Below are positions 35,795-46,249 of a stretch of DNA of 64,000 nucleotides, in pieces. The position numbers were made by a program, and so were the translations under genes. This stretch comes from a bacterium (GTDB taxonomy: Bacteria > Patescibacteriota > Minisyncoccia > Phycocordibacterales > CAIZLB01), in contig JBAXAB010000002.1 of NCBI GenBank assembly GCA_037142735.1, positions 11,988 through 75,987 on the forward strand, given 5' to 3'. Below the pieces are notes generated by a model. The model searched no databases. It had not been told where the DNA came from and was given only the letters and a program-made list of their open reading frames with translations. The first letter of the stretch is position 1; each line of letters begins with the position of its first letter.

Positions 35795-38101
35795 TTATAT
35801 TTTACCGTCCTCTTCTTGTTGTTTTGTAAAGGCGTTTTCAACTGAACGTAATTTTGCAGCAAGTTCTTTGAGTTTCTGTTTGTATGTTGTACTTCCAGGC
35901 CTGTTTGTGTTGTATGCCTGCACTATTTGCGATGAATCTGGCACCTTTACTTTGCCAAATCTGTATGCCGTCTCCCGAGTTGTTAAGTCTGTTGAGAGGG
36001 TAAGATCTTCTCCGTCAGTAATTGCATCCAACATGTCAATTGCTAACTTTTCTTTTACAGGATCGATTTTTTCTAAGTAATTTCCTGGGTTTAATGGATC
36101 TTCTTTTCGCATTTCTAATCCTAGGACCTTCCCTACTCCCTTTGCGTTACTTAGACGGTTTTTGTCTTTACGCTCTTCACTTGCAGCGCTTGCTTTTGCT
36201 TGTTTTGCTTTACCTCTTTGATAACCAGAATAGGCGGTTCCACCAAAGAATGTTTTTACCGCATCAACACCGGCTCCAACCCCTGTAACAGGATTACCAG
36301 AAGAATCAAGCCCGACCCCTCGAAGTCCTCTGCCTTTTGCTGCCTTCTTTCTTGTCTTATAAGCCGCATCACTCTCCCATCTGCCCTGTGGAGAAACACC
36401 AGAAAGATATGCATCCTTTTCTTTAAGTGCCGCAGTCTTTCTATCGCGCACATCTTGGTACCCTGTCAGCTTCCCAACACTGCCTAGAAATTTCTCTGTT
36501 CCTGGTATTGGAATAAACCTTGATGCTGACCTCATGGCCTCTGACTCTGCAATTTTTGTTGCAGCTTGCCCGAGTGTTCTTGTTGCCATTCCTTTTGTTC
36601 CAAACCAATTCCCCATTCCAAATCTCTTGTCCATAAAACTATGTGCAAAGTCAGCACCCTTCACACCAAGACTTTTTGATATTAACAAGACTCCGACTAA
36701 CGCTCCCATAATCATACAGAAACTAACTAACCCGCTGATACTTTGTCCATTCAAGATCATTGCTCCAAAGTTTATACTAGTACCCCCAACCCCCTTCATC
36801 GCTTTTATTAATATATATAAAAGCCCAACGAAAACAGGTGCAAATATACAGTTATCTATAAGTTTGTGTAGCCAATTTTTAAAGTGTTTCTCGGTCTCTG
36901 GTAGCGCTCTCGAAGCAAAAGCAATTGAAGAGAACATTAACAAGAACATCAGGGTGAGCGTTCTGCTTAGAAACATAAAAGCACCAGCAAAAAATACAAC
37001 TGATGTTCCTAGGATAAATACTGAACCAACAAAGGCTAATAATGCGAGTCTCCAATATGGCGCTGCCCCACCGCTTGTAACAGTGCCTGTTACTGAACCG
37101 TTGCTTAGGCTTGTTCCAGCGCCTGCATTCGTTAAAAGAGAGGCATTAGAATACTTATCCTGAGAGGTAGAATAAACACTCTGTAAATTTACCACTTGCA
37201 TGAATTGTTCAGTTATTCCTGTCGGGGCACTGGTGTTGCTGCCATTGGCTGGAGTAATGAGGTTGTAAAACTGTATGGCAACTATGTTACTCGCGTCGAC
37301 AACCACCTTTGCACCAAAAAGGCTAAAGTTTACCAAAACTGCAGTCACTATAATCTGGGCAATAATACTCTTGTCTTTATATGTCGAAGTTCCCAGTATC
37401 ATATTTAAAGCAACATACAGTAGTATGAATATGTAACCGAGATTTGTGATGTCTCTCAATATATTCCAGCCCACATTTACTATAGGAAGTTCCTTCAATA
37501 GTTTGGCCATGTTCAAACTGTAGTTGACTGATAGATCAAATAACATTGCGGCAAACCATAAAACCAAAGACATTAACCATAGTACAAATTGTCCAATCTT
37601 CATGATTCCACAGGGTAACCATGTTCCAGGGCTCCACCAGGCACAACCGTTATCGTCGGTTGGGACATTGTCTAGTATTTTTTTTTCTGTGTTGTTGTCA
37701 GGGTTCGGAGTATTTACTGTACTGTGCATGCTAGGAGCAATTGTTCCTGCTGGTTTTGCTAGGTAAGGACTAAGGTCTTCCCCGCTCCCCGTTGTGTCGG
37801 AAGGAGTCTGGGGATTATTAATTAAATTATTAAGTTTTGCAATATCTTCCGCCGTGAAAGGTCCACCGTTTACGAGGCCGCCCGCCGTTCCGTTTCCTCC
37901 AGCTCTGCCTCCTGTATTTTCCTGCTGAGCAGCCGCATCAGAGGCCTTTACGTTTGGGGCCAGAAGCCCACTTTCTGCTGGGGCTCCTCCTCCTCCTATA
38001 GGTAATGCCTGCGCCAATGCCAAATTACCACCTGTGTTTGTTAACAGTATAAGCAGGCCTAAACCAAATAACAGAGTGTTTTTAATAAATAGTTTTTTCA
38101 T
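35795..38101 (-). CDS. VirB6/TrbL-like polytopic membrane protein with Gly-rich N-terminal region and long C-terminal tail
   Basis: 768 aa; signal peptide, Gly/Ala-rich segment, at least six TM helices, charged C-terminal extension. Confidence 0.45.
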   Translation of the reverse strand: MKKLFIKNTLLFGLGLLILLTNTGGNLALAQALPIGGGGAPAESGLLAPNVKASDAAAQQENTGGRAGGNGTAGGLVNGGPFTAEDIAKLNNLINNPQTPSDTTGSGEDLSPYLAKPAGTIAPSMHSTVNTPNPDNNTEKKILDNVPTDDNGCAWWSPGTWLPCGIMKIGQFVLWLMSLVLWFAAMLFDLSVNYSLNMAKLLKELPIVNVGWNILRDITNLGYIFILLYVALNMILGTSTYKDKSIIAQIIVTAVLVNFSLFGAKVVVDASNIVAIQFYNLITPANGSNTSAPTGITEQFMQVVNLQSVYSTSQDKYSNASLLTNAGAGTSLSNGSVTGTVTSGGAAPYWRLALLAFVGSVFILGTSVVFFAGAFMFLSRTLTLMFLLMFSSIAFASRALPETEKHFKNWLHKLIDNCIFAPVFVGLLYILIKAMKGVGGTSINFGAMILNGQSISGLVSFCMIMGALVGVLLISKSLGVKGADFAHSFMDKRFGMGNWFGTKGMATRTLGQAATKIAESEAMRSASRFIPIPGTEKFLGSVGKLTGYQDVRDRKTAALKEKDAYLSGVSPQGRWESDAAYKTRKKAAKGRGLRGVGLDSSGNPVTGVGAGVDAVKTFFGGTAYSGYQRGKAKQAKASAASEERKDKNRLSNAKGVGKVLGLEMRKEDPLNPGNYLEKIDPVKEKLAIDMLDAITDGEDLTLSTDLTTRETAYRFGKVKVPDSSQIVQAYNTNRPGSTTYKQKLKELAAKLRSVENAFTKQQEEDGKI

Positions 38102-38102
38102 C

Positions 38103-39230
38103 TTATTTACCAGAGCCTAAAGCTTCATTTAATGCGACCTTGATCAAGCTATTAACAATTGCCTCAACAACCTGATCAAATTTTTGCGCCAAAACGAGAC
38201 GGTCTTTCCCAAGGTTTAAGGTTTTTTCCAGTTGCCCTTGAATAACTATACCCGGAGTGACGGTTTTACAAGACGTTGCGTCACCTGGCTTACTGCACTT
38301 TTTATAGTTCAGAAATCCTTTGTTAAGTCCCAATTCAAGAGTTGCCGTATTGTTTTTCGCTGTAATTCTTCCATGTAATTCATCGTTCGACATAATCCAT
38401 GCCCCTACGCCATTATTTTGCGGGTTCTGCGTCATCGAATACCAACCATTCCACCCGCCTGAAGAAAAATCTGCCCCCGTGGTAAATTTATCAATATTAC
38501 CTACTACTTTAGTAAGGGAACATTTAGCACTGTTTTTAAAATTACTACCATTGCTATAATAATTAGATAACCCAACAGAGATCTGCAACTTAAACGGTGA
38601 ACATAGGTCCACCCCACCGTTTGTAATGTTTTTGGCCAAACTGCTCACAAAACTTCCTGCCTCTCTGTCAGCTAGGTCTTGAAAAAAGTTTCCAGTGTTT
38701 TCAATAAATGAAGGATTACCATTGAATCCACTGTTTGCCCATCTAATAGTGCTGTCAGCGATGTATGAAATTACACTATTTACAATACAGTATGCGATTG
38801 CATCCCAGCCTGGTGTGTCTATAATTCCACTACCGAAAGCGAAATGTCCAATTTGAGCATTGTTGGCATTCTTCTGGTTATTGTGCGTTGAATCGTCGTC
38901 TACGCTAACTTTACGACTGATAGTGCTTACGGTGTCTCCAATTGTGTCAGTCACTTTATTCAAGACACTGGAAATGGCTGAACTCAGAAGGCTGGATAAA
39001 ATCTGTCCTGCCGAGCAAGAGAGAGATTCTGTAGCGATGCTAGAATAGTTCCCATTAGAGCTACTGCTTTTCGACACCCCGTTGCTGTAGGCTGATTCCT
39101 GGCTGTCTCCATTTGCTTTTTGAGCGAATGCTCCGATTGGAAAAGACGCACAGAAAATTGCAATAACTAAAACCGATATTTTTAGCGTCTTAATTCCCTG
39201 TTGCATTGTTTTGTTGTGTGCTTTGGTCAT
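38103..39230 (-). CDS. hypothetical secreted Ser-rich protein
   Basis: 375 aa with N-terminal signal/TM, Ser/Asn-rich. Confidence 0.4.
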   Translation of the reverse strand: MTKAHNKTMQQGIKTLKISVLVIAIFCASFPIGAFAQKANGDSQESAYSNGVSKSSSSNGNYSSIATESLSCSAGQILSSLLSSAISSVLNKVTDTIGDTVSTISRKVSVDDDSTHNNQKNANNAQIGHFAFGSGIIDTPGWDAIAYCIVNSVISYIADSTIRWANSGFNGNPSFIENTGNFFQDLADREAGSFVSSLAKNITNGGVDLCSPFKLQISVGLSNYYSNGSNFKNSAKCSLTKVVGNIDKFTTGADFSSGGWNGWYSMTQNPQNNGVGAWIMSNDELHGRITAKNNTATLELGLNKGFLNYKKCSKPGDATSCKTVTPGIVIQGQLEKTLNLGKDRLVLAQKFDQVVEAIVNSLIKVALNEALGSGK

Positions 39231-40134
39231 TAATTTTCAGGTTCATGAACTGATTCCAGAAGGCGCCAGAATCATTTGTTGAAAATATTATATCATTCTT
39301 CTTAAAGTATTGACTGATATTTATTAACACCTGTGATTGAGATTGACCCACCTCTTTGACAGTTTTTAATCCAAGTAGAGATTTGACCGGATCGGTTTCT
39401 TGAAGAGCTACCATTTTCATACCTTCTGACGCAAGAACAAAAGAATTTGCAAGGCTTGATTGCTCCACATTCATTTCAATAGGGGCTTTAACTTTCATGA
39501 TGTTGTAGCCTATTTGGCTGTATATTTTAGCCATTTCAGTAAGATTGTTAGCATATTTCTCCTTATTATTAGCCACTATTTGGTAATTTTGAACGATCAC
39601 ATCTGCCAAGTTGTTACCGTACTGTTTAATCTGGTCTTTCGAAGTCGGCACGAAAAAATGGACTTGGTTTGCAAGGAATTCCGGTTGAGGTAGATCTGAT
39701 TGGTTAATTTGTCCCATAACCACGCTGGTTACATCAGCTGTCGACTGGTCGGTTACCCCATCTGTTTGTTGGGCATACATATAGCCTGAGAATATCTTTT
39801 TGGTCACTCGGTCAGACACAGAATCTCCTGGCTGAGGTGCAAAAGGGTCACTAGAAGTAGCAAGTCCTTCGATGTTTGAGTTGTCTTGTGCGTCTTGTAT
39901 CGCATTCGTAACTACGTTTCCAAGGTCTGTTGTTGTTCCTTGTAATCCAATAATAGCGTCATTTGGGTGGAGGGCTCGTTGAGCAATCGCTATTTTGTAT
40001 GCTACCGAGCCTAAAATAATGGAAAAACATACTGCCCCAAGAATGAGAATAGTCTTACTGGGTGCACTATCGGTGCGTGAGTTTTTATTCTGAAAGTTTT
40101 TTTGAAGAGTCTGCTGATTTTTTTTCAGATCCAT
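39190..40134 (-). CDS. hypothetical bitopic membrane protein (VirB8-like topology)
   Basis: 314 aa; cytoplasmic N-terminus, single TM helix, Gln/Asn-rich extracytoplasmic domain; first gene of the operon. Confidence 0.35.
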   Translation of the reverse strand: MDLKKNQQTLQKNFQNKNSRTDSAPSKTILILGAVCFSIILGSVAYKIAIAQRALHPNDAIIGLQGTTTDLGNVVTNAIQDAQDNSNIEGLATSSDPFAPQPGDSVSDRVTKKIFSGYMYAQQTDGVTDQSTADVTSVVMGQINQSDLPQPEFLANQVHFFVPTSKDQIKQYGNNLADVIVQNYQIVANNKEKYANNLTEMAKIYSQIGYNIMKVKAPIEMNVEQSSLANSFVLASEGMKMVALQETDPVKSLLGLKTVKEVGQSQSQVLINISQYFKKNDIIFSTNDSGAFWNQFMNLKINDQSTQQNNATGN

Positions 40135-40180
40135 TCTGAAATTATATCATAAGCTGTTCAGAAAGAATGATGGGAAATGT

Positions 40181-40954
40181 CTAATTGAGGATATCTGAAA
40201 GTGCAAGCCAATCAGAAACTGACAATTCCTCAGGCCTGCTCTTGGTTGAAAGATTTTGGTTCACTGATTTTACCTGTTCGTCAGTCACGCCAAGAGTGTT
40301 CCCTATTTGCTTACGTCTTTGGCCGAAGGCTTTTTTAAGTGTAAGGAAAAACTTTTCTTCAATCTCTTTCGTGATGTTATTTTTGTGTATATCATTTATT
40401 AAAATAATAGCAGAATCAACGTTTGGAATCGGTCGAAATGCACCACGGGGCACTCGATCTATAATGCGAGGAGTTCCATACAATTTTACACTCATGGATA
40501 AAATACTCTCTTTTCCATCTTTGGTTGTGATTCTCTCGGCTACTTCTTTTTGTACCAAAAGTACGATTTGTTCTGGTTTATGGTCAGCTCCTAAAAACAT
40601 TTCCATGATCATGCCGGTGATGTAGTACGGAATGTTTGCAATCAGTTTATATTTTCTATCCCCAACTAATTTTTGGATGTCTACTTTTAAGATATCATCG
40701 TGGACTAAAATTAATTTCCCATTTTTAATTTGTTCTGAATATTTTTGTTGGAGAATTGGAATAAGACGGTCATCTTTTTCTATGGCAAAAATTGTTGCCC
40801 CTGTGGCCAAAAGTTTTTCTGTAAGCGCCCCTTCTCCTGGTCCAATCTCGATTCCAATTTCATCTTGTGTTAATCCTGAGGCTTCAGCGATTTGCCGCAG
40901 TGCTTTGTCTGATTGAAGAAAGTTTTGACCAAGTGATTTTTTTGCAAAGATCAT
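40181..40954 (-). CDS. rsmA: 16S rRNA (adenine1518/1519-N6)-dimethyltransferase
   Basis: SAM-binding IEIGPGEGALT motif; KsgA-like length. Confidence 0.85.
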   Translation of the reverse strand: MIFAKKSLGQNFLQSDKALRQIAEASGLTQDEIGIEIGPGEGALTEKLLATGATIFAIEKDDRLIPILQQKYSEQIKNGKLILVHDDILKVDIQKLVGDRKYKLIANIPYYITGMIMEMFLGADHKPEQIVLLVQKEVAERITTKDGKESILSMSVKLYGTPRIIDRVPRGAFRPIPNVDSAIILINDIHKNNITKEIEEKFFLTLKKAFGQRRKQIGNTLGVTDEQVKSVNQNLSTKSRPEELSVSDWLALSDILN

Positions 40955-40963
40955 GTTGATGTT

Positions 40964-42970
40964 TTAGAAATCTATAAAGATTGATTTGATGCCAGATACT
41001 TGTTCTTTTTGTTCTATAAAATCTGGTTCGATTTCATTTAAAAATTCAGAAGGAATATTCACCTGCTTGTTTCCATAAATGGTTCGTGTTTGGGCATATG
41101 ATAAATACAATTTTTTACGAGCGCGTGTAAGGGCTACATAAAACAAGCGACGTTCCTCCTCGGACTCTTCACCTGATAGTGTCCCCTCATTCATTTTGGC
41201 GTGCGGAAAAAGGTCTTGTTCTAGGCCAGAAATAAAGACCGTATCGAATTCAAGGCCTTTTGATGCATGCACTGTCATAAGACGTACCGCTTCGTTTTCT
41301 TTTATCTCATCTTGGTCAGATGATAGTGATGCTTCCTCAATTAATTTTTCAATTCCTTCTGGTGCAGTGAGGTGGTCAAACTTTGTTGCAATAGAAACTA
41401 ATTCACGTACGTTTTCCAAGCGCTCTTCGTCTTCCTCTTTTCCAAATTTATACATCGCCTCTATTCCACTTCTTGTAAGAACAAATTTAATAATTTCTGA
41501 GGGTTTTTTTGCCAACAGGTCAGTCTGTCCCTGTGTTCCTCTATTTATTTCACTCGCAATGTCTTTCAAGATTAACCTAAACTCATTAAATTTTATTTTC
41601 ACAGAATCTGTCAGTTCCTCTGCCTTTCCTTCCATGATTTTTAATAATGTCACTTTTCCGATTCCTCTAGCAGGAATATTAATCACACGTTTTATATCCG
41701 CATTTTGATCTGGATTTAATGCCAATTTTAAATATGAAAGGACATCTTTAATTTCTTTTCTCTCATAAAATTTTGTACCCAAAAGCTGATATGGTAATTC
41801 ACGAGTGAGAAAAGCTTCTTCAAGTGCGCGCGATTGAAAGTTGGCACGATACAAAATTGCAATCTCGGAAGCTTTCGCACCTTCACGGATTAAATCTCTA
41901 ACGGTATTTGCAACAAAACTTGCCTCATCTGTCTCATCATATGCAGTATAGGTTGTGATTTTTTCACCTTCCCCGTTTTCCGTAAAAAGATTTTTTTCGC
42001 GACGGTGAATGTTTTTTGAAATAATTGAATTGGCCACAGATAAAATATTTTGTGTTGATCTATAGTTTTGCTCCAGAAGGACAACTTTTGCACCTGGATA
42101 ATCTTGTTCAAAATTTAAAATGTTTTTGATGTCTGCACCTCTCCAGCTATAAATATTTTGGTCGATGTCCCCCACTACGGCCAAATTCTGTTCTGGTCCT
42201 ACAAGGTATTTTGCCATGTTGTATTGAACTTTGTTCGTGTCTTGATACTCATCTATGTGAACATATTTCCAACGTTGTTGATATTTTGAACGAATCTCAG
42301 GGTTCTTGGCTAGTAGTTCAGCTGCTTTAAAGAGCAGGTCATCAAAGTCAAAAGCTTTGTCTTTTTTTAAGATGCCATCATATAGTCTCCATACATTTGA
42401 AACTATTCCGCCAAAATATTCGTCCCCATTTTTTGCTTCGTATTCTTCTTGAGAAACATAGTTCCCCTTCTCTCTTGAGATTATTCCTAAAATCTTTCCA
42501 GGCTCGTATTGTTTTGGGTCATAACCTGACGTCACGATAGCTTCCTTAACGGCAGATTTTGAATCCCCCCTATCGTAAATACTAAAATTTCGGTTGTAAC
42601 CGAACAATTGAGCGTGTTCCTTTAGAATATGAACCCCCAAAGAGTGAAACGTCGACACAAAGGGCCGGGCACCTTCGGCAACAGGAAGGTTTAGTTCTTG
42701 TGAGGTCGAGATTGCATGGTACACCCGTTCCCTCATTTCTTTGGCGGCCTTATTTGTAAAGGTAATTGCCAATATTTGGTCCGGTGAAACACCTTTGTGT
42801 ATAAGGTGTAGGATGCGGTGTGTAACTGTTTTTGTCTTGCCGGCACCTGCACCTGCTAGAATTAAGAGGGGGCCATCTGTACTTAAAACCGCCTCTTTTT
42901 GCTTATCGTTGAGACTTTTAAGGTATGAAACAGATTGTGAATTAGGGTTTTCTTCTTTCATTCGGCACAA
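40964..42970 (-). CDS. UvrD/PcrA/Rep-family ATP-dependent DNA helicase
   Basis: 668 aa; Walker A AGAGAGKTKT, SF1 helicase motifs. Confidence 0.85.
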   Translation of the reverse strand: MCRMKEENPNSQSVSYLKSLNDKQKEAVLSTDGPLLILAGAGAGKTKTVTHRILHLIHKGVSPDQILAITFTNKAAKEMRERVYHAISTSQELNLPVAEGARPFVSTFHSLGVHILKEHAQLFGYNRNFSIYDRGDSKSAVKEAIVTSGYDPKQYEPGKILGIISREKGNYVSQEEYEAKNGDEYFGGIVSNVWRLYDGILKKDKAFDFDDLLFKAAELLAKNPEIRSKYQQRWKYVHIDEYQDTNKVQYNMAKYLVGPEQNLAVVGDIDQNIYSWRGADIKNILNFEQDYPGAKVVLLEQNYRSTQNILSVANSIISKNIHRREKNLFTENGEGEKITTYTAYDETDEASFVANTVRDLIREGAKASEIAILYRANFQSRALEEAFLTRELPYQLLGTKFYERKEIKDVLSYLKLALNPDQNADIKRVINIPARGIGKVTLLKIMEGKAEELTDSVKIKFNEFRLILKDIASEINRGTQGQTDLLAKKPSEIIKFVLTRSGIEAMYKFGKEEDEERLENVRELVSIATKFDHLTAPEGIEKLIEEASLSSDQDEIKENEAVRLMTVHASKGLEFDTVFISGLEQDLFPHAKMNEGTLSGEESEEERRLFYVALTRARKKLYLSYAQTRTIYGNKQVNIPSEFLNEIEPDFIEQKEQVSGIKSIFIDF

Positions 42971-43266
42971 ACTATATCATGAGTCGCACCTTTTTATGAA
43001 TTTTAGATAAAAATTAGACAAATAGGACAACAAATTACACATCACTTATTGGTTGACAGTACTTTTTAATCCTATATCATTATATCCTGTACCTAATAGA
43101 ATACTGATATATACCAAATATGGCCTGAAATAAGGCTTTTTTACTGAAAGACTGAACATTCTGATTAAAAAATAACTTCAAAGATATTTTACAAAACCCA
43201 CAAGACAGCTCGACATTCCCAATTTGCCCAGAAGTTTCCACAGGTGCAGAAAAATACAGTGTCGGC

Positions 43267-44313
43267 TTGAAATATATGAATTTAGGTCTATCGAAGAGGA
43301 TCGGTATATTTTGGGGTGGAATGCTTATTCTTGGCCTTATTTTAGCAACAACTGTTCACCCTTCCGTCGTGCTTGCTAGTGCCCCATCTAGTATTAAGCC
43401 CATCGAAGCCTTTGAAGCTGTTAGAAATAGTAGCCCACAAAACAGAATCCTTTCAGTCAAGATCTCAAGAGCTTTGGTCTTAGATGATTCTGCACTTTCT
43501 CCTATACACAGTCCTATATATGATGGAACTAGTAGTATGGATTCAATTCCTACTTCTATTGATAATGAACAGATTTACCTTTATACCGTCAAAGATGGAG
43601 ATACCGTGCAGGACGTTGCTAAGATGTACGACGTATCTGTTAATACAATTCTATGGGCAAACGACATATCAACCAAAACTTCCCTGAAAAGTGGCCAAGT
43701 TCTGATGATTTTACCCGTAAATGGTGTTAAGTATACGATTAAGAAGGGTGATACTGTGGAAAGTATTGCTAAACGCTTTAAATCACACACAGAAGACATC
43801 GTCCATTTTAATGCTTTGGATGAGAAGGGGGGGCAAATCTCAATTGGTGACGAAATTATTATTCCAGACGGCCAAATGGAATCTTCAAAGCCTCTAAGTA
43901 ATGTTAACCCTATAGACCTGGCTTCAACTGCTGGTAAGAACGGATTAATTATTGGTTATTTTATTAGACCAGTCGTAAATGGTATTAAGACTCAAAACCT
44001 CCATGGCCACAACGGTATCGACATTGGAGCGCCAATTGGAGCTACCATTAGAGCTCCAGCAGACGGAACTGTGGTTCTTGCTAGAGTTGGTGGATGGGGT
44101 GGTGGTTACGGGAACTACGTGATCCTTCAACACCCTAATGGAATGCAGACATTGTATGGACACATGAGCAAGGTGGACGTGTCAATCGGAGACTCTGTAA
44201 CTCAAGGAGAAAAAATTGGTGAAGTTGGCTCATCCGGGGACTCTACCGGCCCTCACCTTCATATCGAGGTTCATCGCAAAGGTGGTGCTAATCCCCCGAA
44301 TAAGTTTTACTAA
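43267..44313 (+). CDS. LysM-domain M23 family metallopeptidase
   Basis: two LysM repeats (YTVKDGDTVQDVAKMY; YTIKKGDTVESIAKRF) and M23 motifs (HNGIDIGAP ... GPHLHIEVH). Confidence 0.8.
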   Translation: MKYMNLGLSKRIGIFWGGMLILGLILATTVHPSVVLASAPSSIKPIEAFEAVRNSSPQNRILSVKISRALVLDDSALSPIHSPIYDGTSSMDSIPTSIDNEQIYLYTVKDGDTVQDVAKMYDVSVNTILWANDISTKTSLKSGQVLMILPVNGVKYTIKKGDTVESIAKRFKSHTEDIVHFNALDEKGGQISIGDEIIIPDGQMESSKPLSNVNPIDLASTAGKNGLIIGYFIRPVVNGIKTQNLHGHNGIDIGAPIGATIRAPADGTVVLARVGGWGGGYGNYVILQHPNGMQTLYGHMSKVDVSIGDSVTQGEKIGEVGSSGDSTGPHLHIEVHRKGGANPPNKFY

Positions 44314-45796
44314 TTTGTTGTCGGTAGGATGCAGCTTCTAGTAAATGATCCATTGTCACCTCTCTCGAGTTCGCCAAAGAAGCGATTGTTTTTGCAACTT
44401 TTGTAATCTTGGCCAACCCCCGTCTCGATAATTTTAATTTCCGAGCAATCACATTCAATTTTTCTTTTGTTGAGATTTTTATACTAAATTTTATTGATGC
44501 TAAATTTTTTCTAGCTTCACGTACTTGTTGTCGGGCCGCATTTATGCTCAACTGGCCCTGTTCTAGAATCGTTCCTGCCCTATCTTCGAATCTGTCTATA
44601 TGTATCAGCATATCGAACCTGTCCAACATAGGTCCAGATATTTTTTGTGAGTAACGCAAGGCATCAATTGTCCTACATGTGCACTTTTTATAATCACTTC
44701 CTCTGAAGCCACATTTACAAGGATTCATTGAAGCAATTAATGTAAACTTTGTAGGTAAGATTGTTGAACCTTTGGCTTTGGAAAGTGTGAGTCGTCCGGA
44801 CTCCATTGGTTCACGTAATGAATCAATGGCTCTGGAATCGAATTCTGGCAATTCATCTAAAAATAGAAATCCATTATGCGACTTCGTTACTTCGCCTGGA
44901 TTTAATTGTGCATCACCAATTAGTGCGCTGTACGATGAGGTGTGGTGAGGATCACGAAATGGTGGGTAGATAATGGGTGAAAATTCAGTTTTATTTGTGT
45001 TTAATTGAGATAAAGCTGTGCATTCAAACGATTCAGCCTTCGATAAAGGTGTATTAATCTCAGGAATACTTTTTGCCAGCATTGTTTTTCCTACCCCGGG
45101 TGGCCCTACCAGAAGTAAATTGTGTCGCCCTGAAACTGCAATAACAAGAGCTCTCTTGGCAGATTCACATCCTTGTATGTGCTGAAAAATCTCTTCACTT
45201 TTTAGGTCCATCTGTTCTGTAGCGATTGTATATTTGTCTGGGGATTGTTTTGTATCCATGGATATCTTTCGAGTTTCTTTATTTCCCAAATTAAGAACCT
45301 CTTTTATGTTTTTGCAATATATTATTCTTTCATCAATAAAGTATTCACACAGGTTTTTACATTCTAAAGAAGTGACGATAATCACCTCTTTGTTTTGCTT
45401 CTGAATTTCTCTAAATAGAAATAAAAAATTCTTTGGTGCACGGATCTCTCCGTTCAAAGAAAGTTCCCCAATAAAAATATAATTATCTGCATTAAAATTG
45501 ACTATACCCACAGCTAGTAGATATGACATTGCTATAGCCAAATCAAAACCACTGCCCTCTTTTTTGATATAAGCAGGAGCAAGTAAGACTGTGATTTTCT
45601 GATTAGGACTCTTTAGGGATCTTAGGTCTGAATTTTTTATAGCAGATTGTACCCTACCCTTCGATTCCTCGACGGCTTTATCACCCATTCCTATTATTGA
45701 GAAATGATAAAGTCCCCGTGAAATATCTGTTTCGACAGAAATCTCTCGTGCATTAAAATTCTCTAAACAGTAGGTTCTAGTTTTTACATAAACCAC
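44288..45796 (-). CDS. comM: YifB/ComM-family Mg-chelatase-like AAA+ ATPase
   Basis: Lon-like N-terminal domain, MCM/AAA+ Walker A VGPPGVGKTMLA, C-terminal ChlI-like domain. Confidence 0.8.
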   Translation of the reverse strand: MVYVKTRTYCLENFNAREISVETDISRGLYHFSIIGMGDKAVEESKGRVQSAIKNSDLRSLKSPNQKITVLLAPAYIKKEGSGFDLAIAMSYLLAVGIVNFNADNYIFIGELSLNGEIRAPKNFLFLFREIQKQNKEVIIVTSLECKNLCEYFIDERIIYCKNIKEVLNLGNKETRKISMDTKQSPDKYTIATEQMDLKSEEIFQHIQGCESAKRALVIAVSGRHNLLLVGPPGVGKTMLAKSIPEINTPLSKAESFECTALSQLNTNKTEFSPIIYPPFRDPHHTSSYSALIGDAQLNPGEVTKSHNGFLFLDELPEFDSRAIDSLREPMESGRLTLSKAKGSTILPTKFTLIASMNPCKCGFRGSDYKKCTCRTIDALRYSQKISGPMLDRFDMLIHIDRFEDRAGTILEQGQLSINAARQQVREARKNLASIKFSIKISTKEKLNVIARKLKLSRRGLAKITKVAKTIASLANSREVTMDHLLEAASYRQQISKTYSGD

Positions 45797-45843
45797 AGTA
45801 TGTAACCGAGAAAAAATATCACACTATACAAATGACGTACCTG

Positions 45844-46194
45844 TTACATGTGTGACATGCACGTCTTCGCGGGAGGGTTTGCCAGAAGTCTTGCTTCCTC
45901 TATTTGCTTTTTACAAACTACACACAGTCCGTACTCACCCATTTCGATATTTACCAAAGCTTCGTTGATATCAGAGATTTGGTTTTTTAAATCCTCTGCA
46001 AAAGTTCCATTCTCTCTAAATTCAGATGCAGCTTCAGCAACCTCTTCATTGTCCGCCAGGGATTCGTTTGTTTCAGTTTGTTTAGCTTGCCAGACGCCGT
46101 GCTCGTCCTTTTGAGCTATATGTGATAATTCCTCCTCTATTTTGTTTTTTTCAGCTAATAATTTATTTTTCTGTTCTTGTATATCGATAGTCAT
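45844..46194 (-). CDS. DksA/TraR-family C4-type zinc-finger protein
   Basis: 116 aa; coiled-coil N-terminal part and CVVCKKQI...C zinc-finger motif. Confidence 0.6.
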   Translation of the reverse strand: MTIDIQEQKNKLLAEKNKIEEELSHIAQKDEHGVWQAKQTETNESLADNEEVAEAASEFRENGTFAEDLKNQISDINEALVNIEMGEYGLCVVCKKQIEEARLLANPPAKTCMSHM

Positions 46195-46249
46195 TATTTT
46201 AGTATTGTAAGATTAATTATAAATAAATTTTTAATAAACTCTGTGTAGC

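Noticed and set aside
43130-43160. Weak hairpin plus T-run (ggcct-gaaataa-ggc-TTTTTT) upstream of the LysM-M23 gene
   Set aside because: Only a 4-bp stem and no plus-strand gene upstream to terminate; probably fortuitous
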